Positions 1 to 10,985 of a DNA stretch of 64,000 nt are shown here, in pieces. The translations under genes were made by a program, and so were the position numbers. Under the pieces are notes generated by a model. The model saw only the letters and a program-made list of their open reading frames with translations. It was not told the DNA's origin and did not search any database. Positions within the stretch are counted from its first letter, which is position 1. Each line of letters starts with the position of its first letter. This DNA comes from Callorhinchus milii (Eukaryota). The stretch lies in contig NW_024704742.1 of NCBI RefSeq assembly GCF_018977255.1, positions 36,892,001-36,956,000 on the forward strand. Reading direction: 5' to 3'.

Positions 1-2654
1 GTCTGGTCTTGTCTCTCTCTTCCTCTCACTCCTGTTTATAATCAGATTCTGATTCTTTAGAGTTCTCTATTCCTCTTTCCAATTCTATACTGCAGATGCT
101 GATTCTTTGCCGTCCTCCTTTGAAATGATTTTTTACTTCTTCAAAAGAAAAGCACCTGCTCTCGCACCCAAATTGCACCACAAGGTATGGGGCAGTCCAC
201 AATAGCATACAGGTGTAATCCCATATACATAGTTTCCCACATTCCAGGACTTTGTTTACAGCAGGTTTATCCATAACATTCCCAGGTAATGGTGGCCATT
301 CCTTTCATTATGTTGCTTCTGGAGCTATCAGCCAGCTATCAGCCGCTGATATCTTGCTTTAGATGAAGATATTACATCTTTCCCTCAGTGTGTATGACTG
401 TGAAAGCAGTGTCTCTCAGTAAACTCTTGATCGTGCATGTTAGTAACAGTGGAGTAACATTTGTCATTTTAAAGCATTCCTCATGTTACTTTGCACCGGT
501 GTAGATGACCATCAGGTGGCAGTCCACACCTCCTCGTCCTCTTTCAGTTGATCAAATGTGATTGGATTGCCTCATGTGTAGAGAAACCTTGGCACAGATT
601 TGATGGTCTGTTTCTGGACTGTAACATTCTACAGTTTTATGGAGTAAAGAAACAAAAGAAGCGTAATTGCAAATGCTGAACATCTTCCAACTGATTGTTC
701 CTGAGTGTTGCAGACAGGTGAATCATTATGCCGATCACATTCCCTCCTTGAGACACTTTAGTGTTGAGTTAATATTTCAAGTCCCCTTGAATGTGCTCTG
801 GCTGCTTGTCTGACAAAACAGAAACCATTTTAGAATATTATCTCAAATGCACTGACAGTTAACAACCTTTCTCGGTTTACTCTCCATTTAATCCATTTAC
901 TGTCTAATGGGGGGGTGGGACAGTGAAGTGAATCTCTCAGGGCTCACAATCTCAACTTGTCTTACACTTACAGTTCAGCTGATAAGTAATAGTTTATCTC
1001 ATTAACTCTCCAAGGAATATGCATTGTAGCATCATTTCAGGAAAAGGATGCAATGATGTTTTGAAATAATTCAATCCCTCCAGAAATATTTGTGTAACAC
1101 TTTAGATTAGAGCAAATTCTGACATCTTGTGGAGATTATTCCCTCTGTTTATATGGCAATAAAATCCTCTTAAACTACTCCCCTGACAAACATTTCATTT
1201 CCTTCAGCCGCAATGCACTTTGAGATTCTTGCTCAGGTGATGCCCCGTCCTATTTATAGGATTGTTAATACCTTCTGAAGGATATACAAACAGAACCTTA
1301 TTTTAACATCTCACCCAAAGACAGCACAAACAGCAATGGCACGCTCTCCCAGTGCTCTATTGAGGTTTGCAGGTAGAATCGAGGTTTGCATTGCTGGCAA
1401 TGTTACATCGTGTTGCTGCAGTGATATGCCGGGCACTGAGTGATTGGACGTGGACTTGAGCCATAATTACCCACTTAGTGAGTTAGAGATCTGGGGGGTA
1501 TCCAGAATTGACCCTGAATAGAGACATGTAGAGCGAGGGGTGATCACATGAGTCTCCGTGGCACAGAATGGGTAATGATTGGGAAAGGAATTATTACATA
1601 ATTTCCAAATCAACCATAACTAACAGCACTGAGGACATGAACTGTTCTTTGCGTCATTGCCCAGGATGGAAGGTGTAACTACTGCCCCTTTTTTTGCTTT
1701 GTATGGGAAAAAAAGTGCACACTTCATTCCAGACATGACTTACCATTCAGCCAACCAAGCATCTGGTATTTATTGCTGGGTTTGTGGAGGAAACACCATC
1801 TGCTACCATTTGGCATGTCTTGGCCACTGGTGTATAAACTGGGTTATTGTCTTCTCTCTCACTAGAGGAGTTGGCACTGGGCCGCTGAGTCCGATGTCTG
1901 TGTAGAAAATGGAAGACCAGAGAACATGAGCTGAATTACTTTGAAGCATCTGATTCACTCACTAAAATGCATCTTTAGTCTCCCAGGGCTTCCAGACTGC
2001 TGTTTAATGGATACACCTTGAAAAGGATGATTAAGAACAAGAGAATGCTGCGTGTTTAAATGAGCTTTCTCAATGAACTGTTCCCCTGATGGTGTGATAC
2101 TCACGGTTGTTCAGCAGAATTCTTCAGTGTACATTCAAGCTGCAACTGAATAGCTTCTTCCATGTGCATTTAGTGAGTATTGTATTGAAGAGCGCAGCAC
2201 AATTGAGACCACATATATGCAGATATAGATTTTTTTGAAGTTTGGTTGTATTTGTCTAAGTAGGTGCATGTTGCTCTGCCTCGGAGCACTTTCACTGATT
2301 CTCGAGTAAGTATCTAACCTCCAATTGTACCATTTGGTCTTTTACTTCATGGCTGTTTGCAGGACATTGTTGTACACAAATTGGCTGCTGCATTTGCCTA
2401 CAAATACACAATCACTACACTTCACAGTTTAAAAAAAAAAGTCCTGTGAAGCTTTTTGAGATTTCTGGACAATGTGATAAGTCGCGATCTGAAATGGAAG
2501 GATTAATTATCTTTTAAGTTACTGAGGGTTGTGAACAAACTGGAATATCAGCCTCTCACTGCAATCCTGTCTAACCCATTTCCTCACACCCAGTCAGGCT
2601 ACTTCCATCCCAATGGCTGACTGATTGAAACTGGAGGAATCAATTGCAGATATC

Positions 2655-2875
2655 TAATAATAATAATCTTTGCATTTGATATAGCGCCTTATCACATTTG
2701 AGAGTCTCAAAGCATTTATACTGTAAAGTGATTTGGCTATATTTTGTGGGCGAAATGTGGCAGCCGATTGCACAGAGCAGTATCTCACAAACAGTCGTGG
2801 ATTGAATGAACAAATTATAATAATAAATAATAATAATCCTTGCATTTGATATAGAGCCTTATCACATCTTTGAGA
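2655..2875 (-). mobile_element. SINE 3' fragments (two tandem tails) with L2-type tail and (TTA)n end
   Basis: Reverse complement of the shared tail ...gcgctatatcaaatgcaaggattattatt occurs twice (about 2655 and 2820). Confidence 0.75.
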
Positions 2876-3221
2876 CTTATTTCTTTATATTTATTTCTTA
2901 CATCTAAAATGGCTGAGCAAAGAGTTTCAAATTCAGTTTAAAACAAACTGGCATTTTGGAAGATAAAAGGAAGTGAAATGCATTGAGGCTTTGGTATAAA
3001 CCAATGAAAGGCTGGTACACAAATAGAGGAAGTAAGAGAGCAAAAGTGAAGTCGATTTTAGACAAGAGCAGGCAAGATCTCAAAAATTTGAAACAAAAAG
3101 TGATGACTAGTGAGTTAGGTCAAGTCTGAGTTCTGCATCTAGCTGGATTTTCTGTTCTTACACTTTTCATAAATAGCTTGGAGGCGAGTGTTAAAGATTC
3201 CGATACCAAGTTATGCAGGCA

Positions 3222-3690
3222 GACAACAACAACAGCAACAAGATTACATTTGGATAGCGCCTTTCACGTCGGGAGGACGTCCCAAGGCGATGAACAGTGT
3301 ACAGCATTTCAGACCCGAGCTGGGGCCAGGGTGGAGAGGGGAGGGGAAGGGGGAGTGACTGATGACATGGTCGAAGAGGAGAGTTTTGAGGCGAGACTTG
3401 AAGGAGGCTAAGGAGGGGGAGAGGCAGAGAGACTGGGGGATGGAATTCCAGAGGTTGGGGGCAGAGTGGCTAAAGGCTCTCCTGCCAATGGTGGGGCGGG
3501 TAGGTCGGGGAATGTGGAGCACGCCAGAGCCGGCTGAGCGGAGGGAGCGGGGGTTTAGGAGGTCGCAGAAGTAGAGTGGGGTGAGGCCATGGAGGGTTTT
3601 GTATGTGAGGACCAGAATCGTGAACTTGATCCTCTGAAGGATAGGGAGCCAACGAAGTCGGGCGAGAATGGGGGAGATGGGGTCACGGAG
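3222..3690 (-). mobile_element. L2-clade LINE 3' fragment (ORF2 C-terminus + 3' UTR + (TTG)n tail)
   Basis: ORF 3244..3735 has LRWLPILQRIKFTILVLTYKTLHGLTPLY...GRRAFSHSAPNLWNSIP...FKSRLKTLLF, a typical L2 ORF2 end; the 3' stem-loop gggacgtcctcccgacgtgaaaggcgc is present. Confidence 0.9.
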
Positions 3691-3920
3691 ATAGATAATA
3701 TAGAGAAAATAAACAGCATTCAAGAGGATCTGCAAATAGTCAGCAGATGGGTGAAGGAGTGGCAGATGGATGTTAATGTAGATGAATGTAGGGTAACATT
3801 TAATGTAGCAATTATTTCATTAAAGTAACAATGAATGTATTATTGGAACAAGAGGCTGTAAACATGTATACAAAATGAAGGGTATCTATTAGTCGAGGTG
3901 GAAAAGGAAAAGGTTTTGAG
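3691..3920 (+). mobile_element. Degenerate CR1 LINE RT fragment
   Basis: IQEDLQIVSRWVKEWQMDVNVDECRV resembles the CR1 RT motif LQxDLDxLxxWAxxWQMxFNxxKCxV. Confidence 0.7.
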
Positions 3921-4004
3921 CGATTGCTGCTATTTCAATTTACCTCCCCTCTCCACCATCTAGAATTGGGATTAGATTGGCCAGATAAAATTGTTCATTC
4001 ACTT

Positions 4005-4305
4005 AATAATAATCCTTACATTTGATACAGGGCCTTATCATGTCTTCTAGACATCTCCAAGCACTTCACAGAATATACTGTAAAGTGAATTGACTGTATA
4101 TTTTGTGGGTGAAACGCGGCCGTCAATTCCGCACAACAGTGTCCCACAAACAGTTGTGGATTGAAGTGAACAATTTATTATATCATAATTTTTTTGGAAA
4201 GAATTATTACCCCCAGAAAAGCGATCCATCATTTGACTAACAACCAGGTTCCAAGTTACTGCTATGTAAACAGAGACGCGTGGAGTAAGGAAACTTGCCC
4301 AACAT
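4005..4305 (-). mobile_element. tRNA-SINE family B, partial copy
   Basis: Similar to 38606-38960, including the gggcaagtttccttactccacgc...ctctgtttac..agcagtaa segment and the shared tail. Confidence 0.75.
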
Positions 4306-5224
4306 TGGCTGTTTGTGGGATATTAGTGTCCACAAATTTGCTGCTGTGTTTCCCTATAAATTCAAAGTCACTACACTTCACAGTAAAATCCTGTGAAGCA
4401 CTTTGAGAGGTCTTGACAATGTGATAAGACGCTGAAACAAATGCAAGGATTATTATTATATTAAGTATTTCTCTTATGTAGCGAAAATAGCCCATTTATG
4501 ACTTGTTTACTCCAGAGTTTTTGGTTTTCATTGTTCCTTTTTGATAAAGGTGAAGAGTTTAATTCTGAACGTAATGCTTACTTTATTCAAATACTGTATG
4601 GCTATGTGAAAATATTGACTCTGATATAAATTTACACAGTCCCCTGCTGGACCTTCAAGTGATTAACATCTTCAGAGTCTCACTTCTCTCACATTTCATA
4701 ATGTTGTTGCTGATAGAAATTATTTCTTGAAAGAACAACTTGCATTTATCCAGTACCCTTAATATAGGATAATGTATTGGAGCACTTAAATAGCAACTTA
4801 GTGCATCCACAATTAGCAGCCACTAAGTTCATCAATTTGCAGTGTTTGTTTTCAACGTCAGCATTATTTCAATGCTTATTTAAATCATGCAGGTAAAATG
4901 AGTCAGACGTTTCAGGTTCTGAATCAATAAGTGAGTGATAATAATAATAATAATTGTGATGATAATAATAAAAATGGTAACTATATGTCTTCCTACGATC
5001 TGCTAGTAAGTATCATGCTCTTATGTGCTTTTAAAATAATAATTTTATTTTTATACATCGTTTAATTAATCCTATCCGAATACGTAAATATGTGTAAAAC
5101 TTTAATCTAATGAGATGTTTTATATCCCCTAGCTCAAGTGCAAGCACTTAACTGTCCAGCGCCTTGAGACATTCTCTTGAATGTGAAAGGTACTATATAA
5201 ATGTAAATTTGTATCGTAGACTCA

Positions 5225-5550
5225 GAGGTTAGATTTTGATTTTGAAAAGGGGAGAGGGGGGGCAAGACAGAGGGATTGAGGGAGAGTGTTCCAGAGTTTC
5301 GGGGCGTAGTGGCTGAAAGCGCAACCTCTGTTGTTGGGGCGGAGGGTGCGAGGGACAAGCAGGAGGCTGGTGCCAGTCGAGCGGAGGTGTCGGGTGGTGG
5401 ATTGGGGTGTGAGGAGGTCGGAGAGGTAGGAAGGTGCCAGAGAGTGAAGGGATTTGAATACGAATGTGAGGATCTTGAAGTCGACTAATGGAACTGTTGC
5501 AGAATGGGTAGGGATTGGTATGGGTGAGGACATGGGTGGTAGAGTTTTGA
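5225..5550 (-). mobile_element. L2 LINE 3' fragment (internally rearranged subfamily)
   Basis: DFKILTFVFKSLHSLAPSYLSDLL...AFSHYAPKLWNTLP; an upstream frame gives QNSTTHVLTHT, similar to QNSAARVLTRT. Confidence 0.85.
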
Positions 5551-5559
5551 AATAAATTT

Positions 5560-5890
5560 TGTAGGCATACATGGCAGCCATTAGCATCAGCAAGTACCAA
5601 CCAACAGTCAGAAGTGAATGACAGATTATTGTAGAAAGAGAGAGAAACTTCCTCTCTTTTTGAATAATGTGATGAAATCTATCACCTCCATCTAGATAGG
5701 TAGATTGTTTAATGTCTCATCAGAAAGAAGGCAACTCTGACAAATCAACACTTCCCCAGTACTGCTCTGGAGTGTCGGTGTCAATCTAGTTTATTAGCTC
5801 AAGTACCCATGTCGAATAGACAGATTTACAATCAAATTCATGAACTTCAGACCCAGAAGCGGGAGTGGTACCAACTGTGCCAAACTGACC
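5560..5890 (-). mobile_element. Degenerate Deu-domain SINE
   Basis: Reverse complement has a tRNA-like head (ggcacagttggtaccactc) and the Deu-like ttctgatgagacattaaac motif. Confidence 0.6.
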
Positions 5891-6499
5891 AACTCATTAA
5901 ATTAGTATTAAGCAATCAAAGCACAGACCCATACCAAACCCTCTTTTAATGGACCCTACAACCAATCCTTGCACATTGATGGCTTCAGGAACTCTCTACC
6001 CCCATCTAACATTGCCCCTCCAATATCAACAAAGAACACAGTGAGATCTTTGTTTCTCTTGAAACTGTCTTCCTGCCACAGACTCCTATAGTGATCACTT
6101 CATCTGAATTCCTGATGTAGCCGGCATGACATTCTACTCTGAGATCAATGAACCAGGTTTATACTGACAGCCAAGCTCACTGATTAATGATCCAGATGTA
6201 CTTTAGCAAATATTCCAGAATTCGAAGCTCCTCTATAGGCACTTTTTGCCAGGATGGCAAAGCCTTTTCATCGTACAGATGCTGCTACCCCAAAGAAAAC
6301 AATGCACTCCAATGTGATGTTTTTATTCCAGCAATGCTTGGTTTGGGCCTGACAGATGAGCAAAGTACATATCTACCAAATGTCATTCTTCAGAAAGTGA
6401 CCATCATTCATTTGATCTCAATGTAATAATAAACACATCAACCCAAGATGTGGTCAAAGCAGTCATGAGTTGTTGCTAGCCTCAGAAGTGTCTTTCCCA

Positions 6500-7100
6500 C
6501 CCTTGAGCCTCCCTCCCTACCCACGAATAGTATAGTGATTTTTTTTGGTTAGCCGGGTGTCTGTCTGACACTTGTGGAAACCCATCACCATGTTTAAGAG
6601 TATCCAAAACAAACTGAGATTTCCATGCATCCCACCTACACATGGAAATTCCAGAAATATTTATTGTAATGGAAAGTGTACTCTCTCCCTGGAGGGATAC
6701 ATCCTGTTTACCTAATTCCCCTGCAGCTTGGCAAGAGCAAGGGCTTGCGGACCCCAGAGTGTGCGTTGGGGTACTGCTGGAATCTAGCCAGCTAAAACTA
6801 TGCAGTTTGTCATTGAAATGACTGCCTGGCAAGCACCATTAGGGCTTTGGCTTGCAAGGGAAATGGAAGCTGAATGGCAAAAGTCTCTGCCCCCAGTGAC
6901 TGGACTGTCCCTCCAAGTCCTGCTGATAAGCCAGGCTGGCTGTGCTGCCATCAGCAATGCCGAACTAGACTTCAAGACCACTGCAGAGAGTGGGCTCATT
7001 TCCAAAATTCCGTTCCTAAACATGTTATCTTGGAGCCAGAGTTTTCTCAACAGCTACCTGGCAGGCATCTGTCTCCAGCATGGTGGGAGGATTTTTATCG
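6500..7100 (-). repeat. Ancient unclassified interspersed repeat (copy 1 of 3)
   Basis: Colinear patches match 56690-57330 (+) and 21100-21170 (-), e.g. catggtgatgggtttccaca, tgtatccctcca, gccaaagccctaatgg, gcaggacttggaggg. Confidence 0.75.
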
Positions 7101-7221
7101 GGCAGCTTGTGACATGCCAGCCACGTTGATGTTTGAGATTGAAGTTCAGTGCTGCATTCCAGGCTTACTCAGCACGAGCAGTTTAATCCAGGTTTCGTGT
7201 GAGGAGCCTTGGCAAATAGAT

Positions 7222-7580
7222 GATAATAATAATAATCTTTGGATTTGATATAGCACCTTATCATGTCTTCGAGACATCACAGTGTTTCACAGGATATACT
7301 ATAAAGTGAATTGACTGGAATTGATCATTTAGAGGGTGAAAAGTGGCAGACAATTGCGCACAGCGGTGTCCCACAAACAGTTATAGATTGAGTGACCAAA
7401 TTATTATTATTTTTATTTTTTAAAGTGATTATTAACCCCGGAAAAGTGATCTGCCATTCGACTAACAACCGGGTTCCTACTTACTGCTAGGTAAACAGGC
7501 GTGTGGAATAAGGAAATTTCCCTAAGATTTCGCCCTTCCCAGGAATCGAACCTGGGTCCTCTCGCTTGCGAGGCAAGCAC
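7222..7580 (-). mobile_element. tRNA-SINE family B
   Basis: Reverse complement has B box ggttcgattcc, the cctgtttacctagcagtaagtaggaacccggttg segment, the shared tail and (TTA)n. Confidence 0.85.
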
Positions 7581-8144
7581 TACAGGATATGCCCACTGTG
7601 AGGCTGGTTCTGCCTTCAGGTGCTTAGCGACAGGTCAGTGCAGGCCGGAGCTGTCCTTCCCTGTAGGCACTTCCCTGTACCACAAACCGACTTCACAGTA
7701 TAGTGATAGCAACTGACTGCTTTTCACCAACTTTAAGTCAGTGTATTAATTATCACCACTGATAATATCACATGGATCAATCTTCCCCTCCGCCATTTCC
7801 TCTATCAATAAGTTATGAAGATTTTGTATGATGATGATGCTAATTTTACAAATGCTTGCATTTAATACAGCGCCTTATCATGTTGAGATGTCTCAAAGCG
7901 CTTCATGTGATTTTAGTGTAAAGCGGATTGACTGTGTATTTTGTGAGCGAAACAATGATGGCAAAGGTGACGTATTGATAGCGGTACGAGTGATGGTATG
8001 CGCTGTATGTAGTGTGTTACCATAGTGGAAGAATTATTTCAACTTCAAAGCTGTGTGAAGCACTGTGAGATATCCTTCCCAAGTGAAAGGCGCTATATAA
8101 ATTTAAATTGTATTGTAACTTCCTTCTCTTATGGTATGTTCAAC

Positions 8145-8560
8145 ACGTAGCTCAGTTGGTAGCACTTTTCCCTCTGAGTCAGAAGGCTATGGGTTCACTC
8201 CCGAAGTTGGCACTTGCATAGTCTAAGCTGGCGTTGCAATGTAGTGCAGGACGTGTGTTGCATTGTCAGAGGTGCCATCCTTTAGGTGCAACCGAGGGCT
8301 TGTCTGCCTTTTCAGGTAATTTTAAAGATCCCATGGCACAACTCGAAAAGAGCAGGGAGCTTATCCCGGTGTCCTAGCTGAAAATCCCGCAAATAAAATT
8401 GGTTATTTGTTTCATGGCTATTTGTGGGTTATTGCGGTGTGCAATTGGGCAGCTGAATTCACCTAGAAACACAATGGCTCTACTTCACAATAAATCCTGT
8501 GAAACACTTTGAGATATCCTCCTGACATGGAAAGCACTATACCAAATACATGCATTATTA
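8145..8560 (+). mobile_element. Deu-domain SINE (SacSINE1/AmnSINE1-like), near full length
   Basis: tRNA-like head tagctcagttggtagcac...gggttca; Deu-like core gcattgtcagaggtgcc...aaagatcccatggcac...gagcagggag...ggtgtcct; shared 3' tail. Confidence 0.8.
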
Positions 8561-8659
8561 TAAATTGTAGAGCCTGCAGCGTTGTGAAGTAATCTCTTCA
8601 AAATTGTCCTATGAACATTTTTAATGTATGGTGTCAAGTAAAGCCAGAGTGGGTGTTAC

Positions 8660-9035
8660 AACTGGAACACTTGCTTTCATCTCTGGGCGCTGTCCAGACT
8701 GATTTTATGAAAATCTCATGTGTTTGACAGCTGTGAGGTTTTGATGTGAAATGAGTTTGGACAGACTCAATCCAATTCCTAATGGAGCTGGATCCACAGC
8801 ACAAAATGTCCATAATTCAGCACTAATTGGCACTAAAGTGTCAGTCTGACTCAAAGGCCTCAAAGATTGTTAGTTTCAGAAACACTTGTGCGTGACATGG
8901 TCCTCTCCTTAGGTTGGGATTAATGTACCTTGTTGGAACTTTGCTCTGTGTCTGGCATTGTGCTATCCCTGACTTGTGTGTGCTACTGCTGATGGCCACA
9001 GATACAAAAGGATTCCATTACCAACACTGACATAA
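8660..9035 (+). mobile_element. LF-SINE-like ancient SINE
   Basis: atgtgaaatgagtttgg...ctcaatccaattcctaatgga...tccacagcacaaaa...gcactaattggcac is colinear with the recalled LF-SINE central region. Confidence 0.65.
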
Positions 9036-10562
9036 ACCAACCAGAGAAACAATTGTGAGGAATGGTTTTGTTTGCAGTATGTGTTATAATATTATCTCAG
9101 GAAACCAACCAAATGACTTATATATTTCCATTTATAAAATAGCACTCTGAGCCTCTACTCCAAGTGAAGGGTGCTGTATAAATGCAAATTGTTGTTGTTG
9201 ATGATGATGTTCTTGTAACTGCCTTGCTCAGGGGCTTGGCTTTGCGCTCGCTGTGATGCTGGGATTCAGTCTTAGAGCTTAACTGTTCCAGCCACACTGG
9301 GATGAAGATTTTCAATTAATATTTATGAATAGTCCTTCTATTTGATACAGCGCCTTTCATGTCGGGATCACGTCTCAAATCACTTCAGAGGATACAAATG
9401 TGGCAGCCATGAAGTGAATGGTCAGTTTGATCTGGAGGATTGTTAGCCAGGAAATCAGAGGAAAATCCCTTCTATTTTCTATTTTCCTTTCACCAGTTTG
9501 GTGCTCTCAGAAGGCTTTGTGGATACTTCATCTACAAATACACAGTTTTACACTTGATAGCAATTACATGTGAAGCCAATCACAATTCGTAAAAAAAAAA
9601 CTTCATATTATGTGCAAGTCTCTCGTGGGTAAGCAACAGAGTGGTAATGTCTCTGAGATAACGTTATACACAACAACCTATTTTCCAGCTTACATGACTG
9701 ACAAGAAAGGTCAGTGTGGCGGAGGTGGGGGTAAGAGATCCAATTTAAAATTGGAAGAAAGAACAGCAGTGAAATGGATAAACTGCCACCTTGAAAAGGT
9801 CTTTTTGTGTTGTTTTGCAGGCTTAGCTGCTTTGCCCTAACTTTTTCTGCCTGTTGTTTTATTGTAGATCTGTCTACTTGACCTTTTATCTTCTGTCAAA
9901 CTGACTAACATTTGATGTTAGGGAGAATTGCCTCTGACTACACACAGTTTCCTTCAGTGAAGCCACTTAGATCCTGTTTACAGTTGCTTATTTGATGAGC
10001 CAGTAAATTTGTATGGAAAAATGCTTCATAGGTCACAGAGAAAGACATGGCATATTAACTTGTCAAGATGGATTTTAAATCATACGTTTGGGAGATGAAA
10101 AACTCTTGCTATGCTTCCAGTATGAGGCTTTGCTGCGCTTACTTAGAAGAAATCCAACTAAATACAAAACAGAAATGCCAAATTCCTTTACTGGATTGAA
10201 AAATATCATGTGTGATGGGATACACTCTGAGCACATTGTTTTGTTAAACCGGCTGACAATTGTCAACCTATAATGACTGATCATTGCCCGGCTTTGGCAC
10301 AATGGTTGGAACCGAAACCAGCCCAAAGATGCTAGTTATTGTTATTGCCAAAACTGCTAGTGACTGCTCTTGTGACGGAGTGGGGTGTTTTGGATGTCAG
10401 TATATGCAAAGTTTTGAACGCTCCCAAGATGCTAACCAACCTGCAGGAAGGGTACTATATAAATGTTAGTTAGCATTGTTGTTGTTTAAATGACACTCGG
10501 ACATGTGAATAGTTAATTCTCCTGCCAACTGTCATAGTTATAACCCTTACGTTTGATACAGC

Positions 10563-10985
10563 CTTCAGCCTGGCTCAGTGGAAGCACCCTTGCCTCTGAT
10601 TCAGAAGGTTGTGGGTTCAAGCCCCATGTCGGGATTTGGAATGTCATAGTCTAGCCGAAGACTCAAATGCACTCCAGTGCTGGGACGGTGTTGCATTGTT
10701 GGAGGTGCCGTCCTTCGAATGAGACATTAAACAGAGGTCCCATCTGCCTGTTCAGGTAGACTTCAAAGATCCCATGGCACTACTCATAAAGAGCAGAGAG
10801 TTTCTCTCAGTGTCCTGGCCAACAATCTCCCGAATAAAAATAGGCTGTTTGTGGGACGTTGCTGTGCACAAGCTGGCTTCCGCGTTTCACCTACAAAATA
10901 CACAGTCAATCTAGTGTATCCTTTCAAGTGCTTTGATACAGCTCCTTGTCACGATAAGGAGCTATATCAAATGCAAGAATTATTA
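10563..10985 (+). mobile_element. Deu-domain SINE, near full length with internal deletion
   Basis: Head cctggctcagtggaagcac...gtgggttcaagcccc; core ggtgccgtccttcgaatgagacattaaac...aaagatcccatggcac; tail gctatatcaaatgcaagaattatta. Confidence 0.85.

Noticed and set aside
1..560. Possible degenerate transposase remnant on the - strand
   Set aside because: Only vague motif resemblance; no family could be supported.
7040..7110. Gypsy/DIRS RNase H-like motif (PTMLETDAC) on the - strand
   Set aside because: Single short motif with no downstream RNase H residues; the homologous copy at 56690 does not preserve it.
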